This document shows positions 21,740 through 32,242 of a DNA stretch of 64,000 bases, one piece after another. How positions within the stretch are numbered: the stretch's first letter is position 1; each line of letters opens with the position of its first letter. A program made the translations under genes and the position numbers. The notes below the pieces were generated by a model. That model saw nothing but the letters and a program-made list of their open reading frames with translations, was not told the origin of the DNA and made no database searches. The DNA is taken from NCBI GenBank assembly GCA_047285805.1, contig JBJBCN010000003.1:192001-256000 (forward strand), written 5' to 3'. The stretch is from Synechococcus sp. GTDB taxonomy: Bacteria > Cyanobacteriota > Cyanobacteriia > PCC-6307 > Cyanobiaceae.

Positions 21740-22429
21740 ATGGTGCGCCAACACGTCAACCCACTCAGCCGCTTCTTCCAGTTGCCGCTGGAGCTGCCCC
21801 CGGCCCAGGACCTGTTCACCGATCCAGACCTGCCGGTCCACCTGGATATCGGCTGCGCGCGGGGCCGCTTTCTCCTGGCGCTCGCCCAACAGCAACCCCA
21901 GGTCAACCACCTCGGCATTGAGATCCGGCGTGCCCTGGTCAACGCCGCGGAAGCAGATCGTCAGCAACGCGGCCTAAGCAACCTCCACTACCTGTTCTGC
22001 AACGCCAACATCAGCACCCGTGCCTGGCTGGAGACCTTGGAGCCCGGACAGCTGGATCTGGTCTCGATCCAATTCCCCGATCCCTGGTTCAAAAAGAAGC
22101 ACCACAAGCGCCGGGTCCTGCAACCGGCCCTGCTGCTCGCGATCGCCACGGCCCTGCAACCGGGCAAGCGCTTCTTCATCCAAAGCGACATCCTGGACGT
22201 CATCGAACCGATGGTCGCCGTCACCGAAGCGAGCGGTTGGTTCAGACGACCTGCCGGGGACGCCAGACCCTGGCGCGAAACCAACCCCCTACCGGTGCCC
22301 ACGGAACGGGAGACCTATGTCCTCGGGCAAAGGCTACCGGTCTATCGGGTGCTCTACGAACGCAACGAAACGCCGTTGCCGAGCCTGGAGGCACTGGAGC
22401 AACAGCTGGAAGCCGCCGATAATCCTTAA
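21740..22429 (+). CDS. trmB: tRNA (guanine-N7)-methyltransferase
   Basis: [14 protein letters not shown] and [14 protein letters not shown] motifs. Confidence 0.95.
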   Translation: MVRQHVNPLSRFFQLPLELPPAQDLFTDPDLPVHLDIGCARGRFLLALAQQQPQVNHLGIEIRRALVNAAEADRQQRGLSNLHYLFCNANISTRAWLETLEPGQLDLVSIQFPDPWFKKKHHKRRVLQPALLLAIATALQPGKRFFIQSDILDVIEPMVAVTEASGWFRRPAGDARPWRETNPLPVPTERETYVLGQRLPVYRVLYERNETPLPSLEALEQQLEAADNP

Positions 22430-22449
22430 ACATCAACCCACCCCTCGGC

Positions 22450-23769
22450 ATGAGCGCAGGATCGGCGCCATCCACCCCCTGGCTACTGCGTTGGCAAGGG
22501 ATTTTGGGCAAGGCCAGCGAGGGGCCGCTGGGATCGCAGCTAACCCTGATCGCAGGAGGCGTGCTCTGCGTGCTGCTGGGGGCCATGCCCTTCGTTACCC
22601 GGGCGGGGCTCAGCCTGCTGATCCTCGCGTCGGGATTGCTCTGGCTGGTGTGGTCGCTCGCTCTCCCCGCCGGTCGCATCGGCCACATCAGTGGTTGGCT
22701 CCTGATGATGCTCGGTATCGCCGTTTTGGCGACCGGGTTTTCACCGGTCACCCCTGCCGCCTTCAAGGGGCTGCTCAAGCTGATCAGCTATCTCGGGGTC
22801 TACGCCCTAATGCGGCAACTGCTCGCGCAGGCTCCCCGCTGGTGGGATCGGATGGTGGCCGCCCTATTGGCTGGCGAATTGCTCAGCAGCGTCCTCGCCA
22901 TCCGGCAGCTCTACAGCGAAACCAGTGAACTGGCCCGCTGGGCCGACCCCAACTCGGTCGCGGACGGAACGATTCGGGTCTACGGCCCCTTGGAGAACCC
23001 GAATCTGCTGGCGGGTTACCTGATCCCGGTCCTGCCCCTTGCCTTGATCGCTCTGTTGCGCTGGCGTTCCTGGCCCCAGCGCCTCTTTGCCGCGAGTGCA
23101 CTGCTCCTCGGGAGCAGTGCACTCTTCCTCAGCTACAGCCGGGGGGGCTGGCTTGGGATGGTGGGGACCCTCGGGGCCGCGGTCCTACTGCTGGTGCTGC
23201 GACAGACGCGCCACTGGCCCACCCTCTGGCGCCGCCTCTTTCCCCTGCTGCTGATCGCCGGAGCAGTTTGCGTCCTGGTCATTGCCGTGACCCAAATCGA
23301 ACCGCTCCGCATCCGAGTGATGAGCCTGACGGCAGGCCGCGGCGATAGCTCCAACAACTTCCGCATCAACGTCTGGCTCGCCGCCATCGAGATGATCCGG
23401 GAGCGGCCCTTGCTGGGGATCGGTCCTGGCAACAGCGCCTTCAACTTGATTTACCCCCTCTATCAGCAGCCCAAATTCAATGCGCTTAGTGCGTACTCCG
23501 TACCGCTGGAGCTGCTGGTCGAAGGGGGCCTCCCCAATCTCGTGGCTGGACTGGGCTTGCTATTTGCCAGCCTGCGGGCCGGCCTGAACCAACTCAAAGG
23601 TGAATCGCGTTGGGCCCTGCCCGCCCTCGCGGCAATTGCCGCCATCACGGGACTCTGCGTTCAAGGCGTCACCGACACGATCTTTTTCCGGCCGGAAGTC
23701 CAACTCACAGGCTGGTTCTCCCTTGCCACCTTGAGCGCCAGCCAAACCGCCAACAGCAGTGATGACTAA
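22450..23769 (+). CDS. ictB: IctB family / O-antigen ligase-like membrane protein
   Basis: LARWADP, NPNLLAGYL, SRGGW and DSSNNFRINVW motifs. Confidence 0.9.
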   Translation: MSAGSAPSTPWLLRWQGILGKASEGPLGSQLTLIAGGVLCVLLGAMPFVTRAGLSLLILASGLLWLVWSLALPAGRIGHISGWLLMMLGIAVLATGFSPVTPAAFKGLLKLISYLGVYALMRQLLAQAPRWWDRMVAALLAGELLSSVLAIRQLYSETSELARWADPNSVADGTIRVYGPLENPNLLAGYLIPVLPLALIALLRWRSWPQRLFAASALLLGSSALFLSYSRGGWLGMVGTLGAAVLLLVLRQTRHWPTLWRRLFPLLLIAGAVCVLVIAVTQIEPLRIRVMSLTAGRGDSSNNFRINVWLAAIEMIRERPLLGIGPGNSAFNLIYPLYQQPKFNALSAYSVPLELLVEGGLPNLVAGLGLLFASLRAGLNQLKGESRWALPALAAIAAITGLCVQGVTDTIFFRPEVQLTGWFSLATLSASQTANSSDD

Positions 23770-24721
23770 GGCTCAACTGTTTGCAGGCTTTGACGCCGGG
23801 CAAACCCACACCAGCTGCAAGCTGGCCTGGCTCAAGAGAAATGGAAAGGTGACATGCATTGCCTTGGGGCAGGGACCTGGAGTTCGTCAACTAGCTGCTC
23901 CAAATGGCAAAGACCTTTTTCGTGCAGCTCTGCAGCAGAGCCTGCGCGATGCGCGCAAACAAGCCGGACTTCGGGATGATCAAGCCCTCGCCGCAGCCGG
24001 CATAGGGGCCAGCGGCATTGAGCGGGGCAGCACCATCCAGAGCCAAGGGGAAGCCTTGGCCGCTGCCGCACTCAACCTGCCGCTGGCCTCGGTACAGGTC
24101 AGCGGCGATGAACACACCGCCCTCATCGGTGCCCTGGGCGATGAGCCCGGTGTTCTGGTGATTAGCGGCACCGGCTGCATCGCCCTCGGCCAAGCCCACT
24201 CCGGGCGCTGGCACCGCAATGGCGGCTGGGGCTGGCTCCTCGATGGAGCGGGCTCAGCGATGGATCTCGGCCGGGATGGCCTTGCGATCAGCGTCCAAAT
24301 GGCTGATGGTCGGCTCAGCGAAACCGCGCTGAAAAATCAGCTCTGGCAGGCCCTCGGAGTGCGTAGTCCGCAGGAGCTGAAGGCTGCAGTGGTCGCCGAG
24401 GGATTTGGTGCCGCAGGCTTTGCCCGGCTCGCTCCGGTCGTGGACGCGAGTGCCAGCAGCGGCGATCCCCATGCCCGCGTCATCGTCAAGCGCTCCGCAC
24501 AAGCCCTCGCTCAGATGGTCAGTAACATCGCCACCACCCTGGAGCTGCAAACACCCCGGGTTTGTTGCAGTGGCGGCGCGCTCACACACCTGAAGACGCT
24601 GCGTAAGGCCTTTGCCGCGGATCTAGCCCAACACTGCCCCGGCACAAGCTTGGCGGCGTCCAAGGGGGATGCGTGTGATGGAGCCCTGCGGCTCGCCGTT
24701 CAGGCGGCGTTGAGGTGCTGA
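23762..24721 (+). CDS. BadF/BadG/BcrA/BcrD ATPase family (N-acetylglucosamine kinase-like)
   Basis: GFDAGQT, ISGTG and GGWGWLLDGAGS motifs. Confidence 0.85.
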   Translation: MTKAQLFAGFDAGQTHTSCKLAWLKRNGKVTCIALGQGPGVRQLAAPNGKDLFRAALQQSLRDARKQAGLRDDQALAAAGIGASGIERGSTIQSQGEALAAAALNLPLASVQVSGDEHTALIGALGDEPGVLVISGTGCIALGQAHSGRWHRNGGWGWLLDGAGSAMDLGRDGLAISVQMADGRLSETALKNQLWQALGVRSPQELKAAVVAEGFGAAGFARLAPVVDASASSGDPHARVIVKRSAQALAQMVSNIATTLELQTPRVCCSGGALTHLKTLRKAFAADLAQHCPGTSLAASKGDACDGALRLAVQAALRC

Positions 24722-26094
24722 TCGGCGAGGTCTGCCAGATAGCGACTCCAATAGTCGACATCCGCCTGTTCCGCCGCCTCCACCATCACCCGCAGCAACG
24801 GCTCGGTGCCACTGGCCCGCACCAACACGCGCCCGCTGCCGGCCATCGCAGCTTCAGCGGCCTGAACCTCCTGCAGCAGTGGGAGGCAGGTCTCCCAACC
24901 GGTACGCTTACTGCGATCGGGAACGGTGACGTTCACCAATCTCTGGGGATAGGGCTGGAAGCTGCCATCCAGCCAGTCACTCAGCGATCCCCCCTGGGCC
25001 TGGATCAAACTCGCCACTTGCAAGGCCGTCAGCAGGCCGTCACCGCTCATGCCATGGCGAGCCGAGAGGATGTGGCCGGACTGTTCGCCGCCCAAAGACG
25101 CCCCCAGCTCCTCCATGGCGGCATGCACGTATTGATCTCCGACGGCGGTGCGCTCCAGCACGCCCCCTCGGATTTGCCAGGCGCGCTCAAAGCCAAGGTT
25201 GCTCATTACCGTCGCGACAATCCGGTTCTCCGGTAGCGCGCCCTCGGCCATCAGCGCCTGGCCCCAGAGGTAGAGGATCTGGTCTCCATCGACGATCCGG
25301 CCGCGGCCATCGACCGCAAGCATCCGATCAGCATCGCCATCGAAGGCAAAGCCCATCGCAGCGCCTTGGGCCATCACCGCGGCCTGAAGGGCTTCAAGGT
25401 GGGTGCTGCCGCAGCCCTGATTAATCCGGGTGCCATCGGGCTTGCCGTGGAGCACCGTGAGATCGGCGCCCAACTCGCGGAAGACGCTTTCGCCGCAGCT
25501 CGTCGCAGAACCCCAGCAGAGATCGAGCACCACCTTGGCGCCATCAAGGCGAGCGGAACCCACGCTCTCAAGCAGGCGCTGACGGTAATCGCTCAGCAAA
25601 TCCGGTCGGTGCTCGAACCGTCCGTTGGCACTAAAGCCGCTAAGGACATCACTGCTGCCACGCAGACCTGCTTCGATCTCAGCCTGCTGTTGTTTGGCCA
25701 GCTTGGCGCCGCAGGCACCAAAGACCTTGATCCCGTTGTCATGGGGCGGGTTGTGGCTGGCTGAAACCATCAGACCGCCGCTCGCACCGAGCTGACGAAT
25801 GGCCCCAGGCACAGCGGGGGTGGGACAAAGACCGATATCCAACACCTCTCGCCCCGCTGCCGTGAGACCCGCGGCCAGGGCGGCCACCAACATCGGACCG
25901 CTACTGCGGGAGTCCATCCCCAACACGATGGGACCGCCGGCAGGCAGGACTCGACCGCACCAATAGCCAACCTGCAGCGCCAAGGCCGGTGTGATCACCT
26001 GACCGACGCGGCCACGGATGCCATCGGTGCCAAAACTCGCCGTACCAGAAGGGAATGGCGCCCCAAGCGGAGACATGACGGGCGAGTGAACCAA
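24700..26094 (-). CDS. glmM: Phosphoglucosamine mutase (start uncertain, 26094 or 26076)
   Basis: FGTDGIRG, SASHNP, DGDADR, GGEQSGH and RASGTEP motifs. Confidence 0.95.
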   Translation of the reverse strand: MVHSPVMSPLGAPFPSGTASFGTDGIRGRVGQVITPALALQVGYWCGRVLPAGGPIVLGMDSRSSGPMLVAALAAGLTAAGREVLDIGLCPTPAVPGAIRQLGASGGLMVSASHNPPHDNGIKVFGACGAKLAKQQQAEIEAGLRGSSDVLSGFSANGRFEHRPDLLSDYRQRLLESVGSARLDGAKVVLDLCWGSATSCGESVFRELGADLTVLHGKPDGTRINQGCGSTHLEALQAAVMAQGAAMGFAFDGDADRMLAVDGRGRIVDGDQILYLWGQALMAEGALPENRIVATVMSNLGFERAWQIRGGVLERTAVGDQYVHAAMEELGASLGGEQSGHILSARHGMSGDGLLTALQVASLIQAQGGSLSDWLDGSFQPYPQRLVNVTVPDRSKRTGWETCLPLLQEVQAAEAAMAGSGRVLVRASGTEPLLRVMVEAAEQADVDYWSRYLADLADQHLNAA

Positions 26095-26152
26095 TGCTGG
26101 CGGCAGGTTACGCCTGGTTTGCAGTGCAGGCGGAGCCGATCTCACCAAGAAT

Positions 26153-28189
26153 GTGCGCAGTGATCACACCGCTTTGGCCCAGCGCCCCTTCTCCGCTGAA
26201 CGATGCCAAAGTCTGCTCGGCACGGCCCTCATGGGTCTGTGCTGCCTGGGAACCGGCGTAGCCCTTGCGGCCGGCCGCTCGTGGTTGGTGCACCTCGCCC
26301 CTCCCCTCAACCCGAGCAGCAGCACCGCCGAGCTCAGCCGCAACCGGCGCCGGAGCCTGGATCCCGATCGGCGCCGGGATGCCTCTCTGCTGCTCAGTGC
26401 CCAAGCCGACAGGACGCCCGAGCAGCGCCGCGCTTGGCTCCGGGGCCAGGGCTGGGGCAACCACGCCGGGAGCCGGGTCCTCGCGGCGATCAGCCTCAAA
26501 CGAGCCGCCCTCGCTGCCCAAGCCAGTGGACGTCCCCAGGAAGCACAAGCCCTCTGGAAGGAGTTGCTGAGGCGCTTCCCGCAAGAACCCGCCAGCGCCG
26601 ATGCCCTCTATGCCCTCGGCCGGCAACAACCCCAACTGCGGCGCACCCTGCTGAAGCGCTTTGCGGCCCACCCGGCGGCTCTCGCGGCGGCGCTGGAGGC
26701 CGGCGATGCCCTGCATCTCGCCCGCTGGGGAGCGCGCTGGCCCGGCGCCGAAGCACTCCTGCTGCAAACCTGCGACAAACAAACGACCACGCTCCGCGCT
26801 GAAGACCAACAGTTGCTGGCCGCGGGCCTGGTGCAACTGGGGCGCAGCGAGCAGGCGCTGAGGTGCTTGGGGGAGACCCCCCCGACGGCCGAACTGCACC
26901 TGCGCCTCGCCCAAAAGATGTTGCGGGGGGGCCGCGCCCAGCAGATCCAGGCCGAAGCACTACTGCTGAGCCTCGTGAAAGGCGAAGGCCCCGAAGGATT
27001 GGAGGCCGCCCGGCTCTTGGCGCAATCTCCGGCCGCCGGAGCCGTGGCCGTTCTGCAGCAGCTACCGCCTTCGCTCCAGGACAGCGCCCCCGTTCAGGCC
27101 CGGCTTGCGGAAGCCGGGCAACTCGATCCAGCATCCGTGCTCGAGCGCTGGCCGAGCGATCCCGCCAGCTGGGCGCTGCAGTGGCGCGAGGCGCGCAAAG
27201 CCTTGCTGCAGCGGGACTGGAGCCAAGCGCAGTTCTGGCTGGATCAACTCAAAAGCTCAACCCTGCCCGCCCCGTTGGCGGCGCGCCAATTGTTCTGGCG
27301 CGGTTTGACGGCCCAGCAGCAAGGGGACCAGGCCAGCGCGGGGCAGTTCTGGCGCGCAACCCAGCGAACCCAACCACTCGGCTACTACAGCTGGCGGGCC
27401 AGCGCGCGGTTGGGTGACAGCCGCAACGGCAATGGGAAGGGAGAGCCGCATCAGGCGTGGCAGCCGTTAGACAGCGGGGATGCCCGGATCGACGCCCTCT
27501 GGAAACGGGGCCAAGCGCTCGAAGCCTGGGAGAGCTGGCGCACAAAGCAAGGTGGTCTGCCCCCCAGCAGTCCTCAGGAGTTTTTGATTGAGGGCCGGCT
27601 GCGCACGGCAATCGGGGATGACTGGACCGGCCTTGGACAACTCGAGCAGGCCAGCTTTCGCCTCCCACAAATCGGCTGCAGGGGCCAACTGGAACGCGAC
27701 CGTCAGCTCCACCCACTGCGCTTCCCCAAGGAGCTCAACGCAGCCAGCGAAGCCAGCGGTGTCGATCTCACCCTCCTGCTGGCGGTCGCCAAGCAGGAGT
27801 CGCGCTTCAGCCCCAATGTGCGCTCAGGGGCCGGAGCCAGCGGGCTGCTGCAACTGATGCCGTCGACCGCCAGCGAATTGGCCGGGGAATCCCTGGACCA
27901 CCAAGCGCTGAGCGATCCAGGACGCAACGGCGCCCTAGGAGCGACGTATCTCAAGCAACTCCTCAGTGGCGCCGGAGCCAACCTCTTCCAGGCAATCGCC
28001 AGCTACAACGCAGGGCCCGGTGCGGTCGGCGGCTGGCTGAGGCGTGGAGACTTTGATCTCCAGCGCGAACCAGAGCTCTGGACCGAAGCCATCCCCTATC
28101 CCGAAACTCGGCTCTACACCAAAAAAGTTCTGGGCAATGCCTGGAGCTACCGGCAGCAGGGACGCAGCGCCGAGGAGCTCTGCCGCTGA
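26153..28189 (+). CDS. Soluble lytic transglycosylase (SLT domain with helical repeats)
   Basis: AKQESRF, GLLQLMP, ASYNAG and IPYPETRLY motifs. Confidence 0.9.
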   Translation: MRSDHTALAQRPFSAERCQSLLGTALMGLCCLGTGVALAAGRSWLVHLAPPLNPSSSTAELSRNRRRSLDPDRRRDASLLLSAQADRTPEQRRAWLRGQGWGNHAGSRVLAAISLKRAALAAQASGRPQEAQALWKELLRRFPQEPASADALYALGRQQPQLRRTLLKRFAAHPAALAAALEAGDALHLARWGARWPGAEALLLQTCDKQTTTLRAEDQQLLAAGLVQLGRSEQALRCLGETPPTAELHLRLAQKMLRGGRAQQIQAEALLLSLVKGEGPEGLEAARLLAQSPAAGAVAVLQQLPPSLQDSAPVQARLAEAGQLDPASVLERWPSDPASWALQWREARKALLQRDWSQAQFWLDQLKSSTLPAPLAARQLFWRGLTAQQQGDQASAGQFWRATQRTQPLGYYSWRASARLGDSRNGNGKGEPHQAWQPLDSGDARIDALWKRGQALEAWESWRTKQGGLPPSSPQEFLIEGRLRTAIGDDWTGLGQLEQASFRLPQIGCRGQLERDRQLHPLRFPKELNAASEASGVDLTLLLAVAKQESRFSPNVRSGAGASGLLQLMPSTASELAGESLDHQALSDPGRNGALGATYLKQLLSGAGANLFQAIASYNAGPGAVGGWLRRGDFDLQREPELWTEAIPYPETRLYTKKVLGNAWSYRQQGRSAEELCR

Positions 28190-28198
28190 GCCCAGCCT

Positions 28199-28729
28199 TC
28201 AACCGAAGACAAAACCCAGATGGGCGTAGAGCGAACGGCCCACCAGGATCCCGGTCAGAACCCAGCTGCAGAGAACAAACGCCCCCAGCAGCGGAGCTGG
28301 GGCAATCCGCAGGCGGGTGAGATCCAGCCGAGCGAGCAAGACCGCTGAGGCCAACACGAGCACTTCCGAGAGGACCGCCAGGTGCAACAAATACAGGCCG
28401 CCAGTGATGACCACCAGCAGGGTGACCACCAAGGTCAGGGCCTTACTGGCCGCCATCAACTGCGAGAGCTCCCGCAGCAGCAGGTCGGGCATGGTGCAGA
28501 GCACCACCACCAGCAGCGCCTGCATGCACTGCAGCGGCCAGAACCAGGGCCCCGCAAATTCTTGCTGCAATGGGGTGCTGGCCTGGGTGACCAACTGCGG
28601 TGCGACATCCGCCCAATGCAACCCCATGAAGGCGCTGATCGCGAAGAGCACCAGCAACATCGGCGCCCGCAGCGGCAGGACCAAGAAACCGAGCACAGCA
28701 GTCACAGGGCGCATGAAAGGGCGCATCAC
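28199..28729 (-). CDS. Hypothetical membrane protein
   Basis: Several hydrophobic segments; 4-bp overlap with the upstream ferredoxin gene. Confidence 0.65.
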   Translation of the reverse strand: MMRPFMRPVTAVLGFLVLPLRAPMLLVLFAISAFMGLHWADVAPQLVTQASTPLQQEFAGPWFWPLQCMQALLVVVLCTMPDLLLRELSQLMAASKALTLVVTLLVVITGGLYLLHLAVLSEVLVLASAVLLARLDLTRLRIAPAPLLGAFVLCSWVLTGILVGRSLYAHLGFVFG

Positions 28730-29154
28730 TGGGCAGCGCCCACAGCTTGATCCAACACCAGGGCGATCGCCTCAAACGGACACGAGGGGATGCATTGCTC
28801 GCAAACCAGACAACGCTGCGCGTTGAACGTCAGGCGCCACTCGGGAGCTGTGCAACTCAGGGCTCCGCTCGGGCAAACGCTGGTGCAGATTCCGCAGTCC
28901 ACACAACGCTGAGGATCAATCGCGATCTCCCCGGAGGCCCGGTTCAGGCCCAGACCCTGACTCTCCAACCACTGCTCGGCCGCGTCCAGATCGTCGATAT
29001 CGCCCGAGAGCTCCACCACCATCGTTCCGCTTTGGTTAGGCGCGATCTGAGCCCGCAGGATCTTGGCGGCGATGTCGAATTCCACGGCGAGGCGGTAGGT
29101 GATCGGCTGATGCACCGCCTCCCGGGGGAAGTGAAGAGTGATGCGGCGTTTCAC
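28726..29154 (-). CDS. NIL-domain 2x[4Fe-4S] ferredoxin (Fed9-like)
   Basis: NIL-like N-terminus; CVDCGICTSVCP and CLVCEQCIPSCP motifs. Confidence 0.9.
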   Translation of the reverse strand: MKRRITLHFPREAVHQPITYRLAVEFDIAAKILRAQIAPNQSGTMVVELSGDIDDLDAAEQWLESQGLGLNRASGEIAIDPQRCVDCGICTSVCPSGALSCTAPEWRLTFNAQRCLVCEQCIPSCPFEAIALVLDQAVGAAQ

Positions 29155-29238
29155 GGGCGCAACTCAGCCACCGTCAGGGTATCGACGCGGACTGCGAACA
29201 GTCCTGGCAGATTGGCGCCAAGAACAAGGAGACCGCCT

Positions 29239-29778
29239 GTGGAGAGCAACACAGCAGCCCTGGGACGGCGCGAGCGCATGCTGCTGGCCGCCGTGGCGGC
29301 CCTGCTCGCCCTCGGACTCTTCCTGCTTCGGGGGGGGCTCTCACCGGCCGCGCCTCTGGACAAACTGGCGCGCCAATCCCTCGAGCCCGCCGTCGCCCTC
29401 AGCAACGGACGCCCGAGCGTGATCGAGTTCTACGCCGACTGGTGCGAAGCCTGCCAAGCCATGGCCCCGGCGATGGAGCGGGTGGAGGGCGAACACCACG
29501 GCCAACTCGATGTGGTGCTGCTCAATGTCGACAACCCCCGCTGGCAACCGGAGATCGATCGCTACGACGTCAACGGCATCCCTCAGCTGGAGTTCCACGA
29601 TGCCGATGGCATTCCCGTTGGCCGAGCGATTGGAGCCCGCACACAGGACGAATTGGAAGCCCTGAGCACCGCCCTGATCAGTGGGTCGCCCTTACCGGCG
29701 ATGGCTGGCGTCGCTGAGACGAGCGTGTTGAAACCTGCCGAGTCCACCGCCATGGCAGGCCCCCGCAGCCACAGCTGA
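29239..29778 (+). CDS. txlA: Thylakoid thioredoxin-like protein (TxlA/HCF164-like)
   Basis: N-terminal TM, EFYADWCEAC and LNVDN..W motifs. GTG start after an AAGGAG SD. Confidence 0.85.
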   Translation: MESNTAALGRRERMLLAAVAALLALGLFLLRGGLSPAAPLDKLARQSLEPAVALSNGRPSVIEFYADWCEACQAMAPAMERVEGEHHGQLDVVLLNVDNPRWQPEIDRYDVNGIPQLEFHDADGIPVGRAIGARTQDELEALSTALISGSPLPAMAGVAETSVLKPAESTAMAGPRSHS

Positions 29779-29832
29779 GTCCAGCAAGGCCCGTTACCCT
29801 GCAGCACCAGCTCCCCACACCATCGCCCGCCC

Positions 29833-30555
29833 ATGAAACGCTTTCGGGTTGAGCTGATCGCAGCGACCCCCAACCCCCAGCAGTGCGTCTACGCGGGGAT
29901 GCACCAGGACTACAGCGAAGGGTTTGTGGCCGCTGACCGTGGGGAGTGGCCAGACGAGACCCGTGCCGGGGAGATCTGTGTCAAACGTCTTCTATCCGGC
30001 GAGCGCGGTCATTACGGCCCGCTGGAGCACGCCCAGATCGTGCTGAATGTGGGCTGGTTCCCCCACTCCGTCATGCAACAGGCCCGCACCCACCGGGTGG
30101 GGGTGAGCTTCGACGTCCAATCGATGCGCTACACGGGCGATCGGATCTGCCGTGCGGCCAACGGCGAATTGGAACTCGAGGAGGTCTTCTACCTCCGCCC
30201 TGAAGGCCAGTACAGCGATCGCCAAGGCAAGAAGTACAACTACACGGCGGACGAGCGGCAGAAGGATCTAGCCCTCTGCCAAGTGGCTGCGGAGCGCTAC
30301 AGCGACATGCTCGCGGCTGGCTTTGCGGAGGAGCATGCCCGCGGCATCCTGCCCTTCGATTACCGCCAGCACTTCGTCGTCAGCTTCTCGCTGCGGGCCT
30401 TCCTGCACTTCATGGACCTACGCGCCAAGCTCGACGCCCAGGAAGAGATCCGGGTGCTCTGCGACCTGATGTGGCCGCACCTCCAAACCTGGGCACCGGA
30501 AATTGCAGCTTGGTACGAGAAGAGCCGGCTGCACAAAGCGCGCCTAGCGCCTTAG
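29833..30555 (+). CDS. thyX: FAD-dependent thymidylate synthase
   Basis: GHYGPLEH and QARTHRVGVSFDVQSMRY (ThyX motif). Confidence 0.95.
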   Translation: MKRFRVELIAATPNPQQCVYAGMHQDYSEGFVAADRGEWPDETRAGEICVKRLLSGERGHYGPLEHAQIVLNVGWFPHSVMQQARTHRVGVSFDVQSMRYTGDRICRAANGELELEEVFYLRPEGQYSDRQGKKYNYTADERQKDLALCQVAAERYSDMLAAGFAEEHARGILPFDYRQHFVVSFSLRAFLHFMDLRAKLDAQEEIRVLCDLMWPHLQTWAPEIAAWYEKSRLHKARLAP

Positions 30556-30658
30556 AGCCTTAGAGCCTTCAACACAAGAACACCAAGACTCACCAAACGA
30601 TTTAACCGAGTTTGTTTGAAGCAGCGGTATAACCCTGAGATCATCAGTCACACCGTTC

Positions 30659-32242
30659 TTGATTAACGATCTCTGGGGCAGAAGCCTTGCATTGATCCGG
30701 GTTGGAGGCAAGCCACTCTCGCCAGCCTTCTGGTTCACAGCCTGCATTGCCCTCGGGTCTGGGCTGCTGATTGCAGCCCTCGGATTGGATCGGCCCTACG
30801 ACGCGATCCCAGATCAAGATCTTCTTTGGCTTCGAGAAGCCCTACTGATGCATCAGGGGAAAGCTCCGGGGTACCCGGATCATCCCGGAATCTTCTGGCA
30901 GGTGCTCTACACCCTCAAGCTGAAGTTGCTCTCACTCAGCAATCCTTTGCGCTTTGGGGCTGGCATTCCGATCGCGCCTGACGATGCCAATTTGATCATT
31001 CGCTGGGCAAGGCTTGAAAACGGAATCCTTGCTGGTCTCAGCAGTCTTTTACTTTGGCCGACCCTTCGCCAACTCGGCATTCAACAATGGCTCACGACCA
31101 TCAGTGTCATCACATGCTGCCTATGCCTTGGAAATTTAGAATCAGCCATTCAAATCAGAAATGAGCTGACCAGCACATTTTTCCTGCTGGCTTACCTCAA
31201 CATTGCTCTACTACTACCCAACCTGAAATCAAGACCATATTGCAGAGCTGCCAGCACTACCGCCATGACCTGTTTCTTAGTCGCCGCTTATTGCAAGGTT
31301 CAAATCCTCCTCCTTACTCCTTTTGTATTCGCACTGATTCTCGGAAATCAATACCTAAAAACAGACGCAGAGAATATTTTGCGCAGCAGAGGTCTCCTGA
31401 GCCTGCAAAACCTAAAAGCCATAGCCGGTTCTCTGATCTTGGGCTCAGGGATATGGCTGATTGCTGTCTCCGGACCAATATTCGCGTCGCTGAATCGGTT
31501 TCAACATGTCAGAACTGAGCTTGACCTGCCGATCTGGACAGCAATAAATGCTTTCCTCGTTTTGACAACACGAGCAGGTGCATCTCAACGAAATCCAGCC
31601 AAAGCAACCTTTCAGGTCGGCTTGCTGTACGGGGCGATAACCCTACTGATCACCAGAGTGCTGGCTTACCCAGTCTGGACAGCGCAGGTATTCAGCTTTC
31701 CAAGCAATGCACTGGGTTTCTCTGGCGGAGCAAATAGGCTTGATACACTTCAAGAAGGAATCTACAAATATCTGTCAGATCTTTTCATCTCAAGCCCCCG
31801 CATCACGCTACTACTCGCAGCTGGCCTAGTCATTTCTTTACTAACCCAAGCAATACAGAGGTACCACAAGCCAACTGCTTCAAGGGCTACTTGGCTGCTC
31901 TGCCTAATAGGCCTGTGCTGCAGCATTTGGATGGCTAATGCCATGCGTCCTCGCGGCTTCTACGAGCCATACCTCATCGTTCCTGCACTAATTCTCCTCA
32001 CGCTCTCCGTATCGACCTTACGTACCTCTGCTCAAAACTCGATCACGCCAGTGATCGCGATAACCCTGATCGGATTGTCCCTTATCCAGTCAGTCTCCAA
32101 CCTCTTTCTTGTTCCACAGATCGCACAAATGACTCAACCTAGAGAATACTTGTGTTTTGAACAGGCCTTTGATCAAGCACTCAGCAGAACAAGCATCGCG
32201 ACTTGTGACAACTTTGACGACTACCTCAAAAGGCACTCTTAG
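30659..32242 (+). CDS. Polytopic membrane protein, putative GT-C-type glycosyltransferase (accessory)
   Basis: About 12 hydrophobic segments; acidic PDQD and DHPG loop after TM1; AT-richer codon usage. Confidence 0.6.
   Translation: MINDLWGRSLALIRVGGKPLSPAFWFTACIALGSGLLIAALGLDRPYDAIPDQDLLWLREALLMHQGKAPGYPDHPGIFWQVLYTLKLKLLSLSNPLRFGAGIPIAPDDANLIIRWARLENGILAGLSSLLLWPTLRQLGIQQWLTTISVITCCLCLGNLESAIQIRNELTSTFFLLAYLNIALLLPNLKSRPYCRAASTTAMTCFLVAAYCKVQILLLTPFVFALILGNQYLKTDAENILRSRGLLSLQNLKAIAGSLILGSGIWLIAVSGPIFASLNRFQHVRTELDLPIWTAINAFLVLTTRAGASQRNPAKATFQVGLLYGAITLLITRVLAYPVWTAQVFSFPSNALGFSGGANRLDTLQEGIYKYLSDLFISSPRITLLLAAGLVISLLTQAIQRYHKPTASRATWLLCLIGLCCSIWMANAMRPRGFYEPYLIVPALILLTLSVSTLRTSAQNSITPVIAITLIGLSLIQSVSNLFLVPQIAQMTQPREYLCFEQAFDQALSRTSIATCDNFDDYLKRHS

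Noticed and set aside
28747..29238. 163-aa N-terminal extension of the thioredoxin ORF (apparent fusion)
   Set aside because: It is antisense to the NIL-ferredoxin gene; an SD plus GTG at 29239 gives the normal protein.
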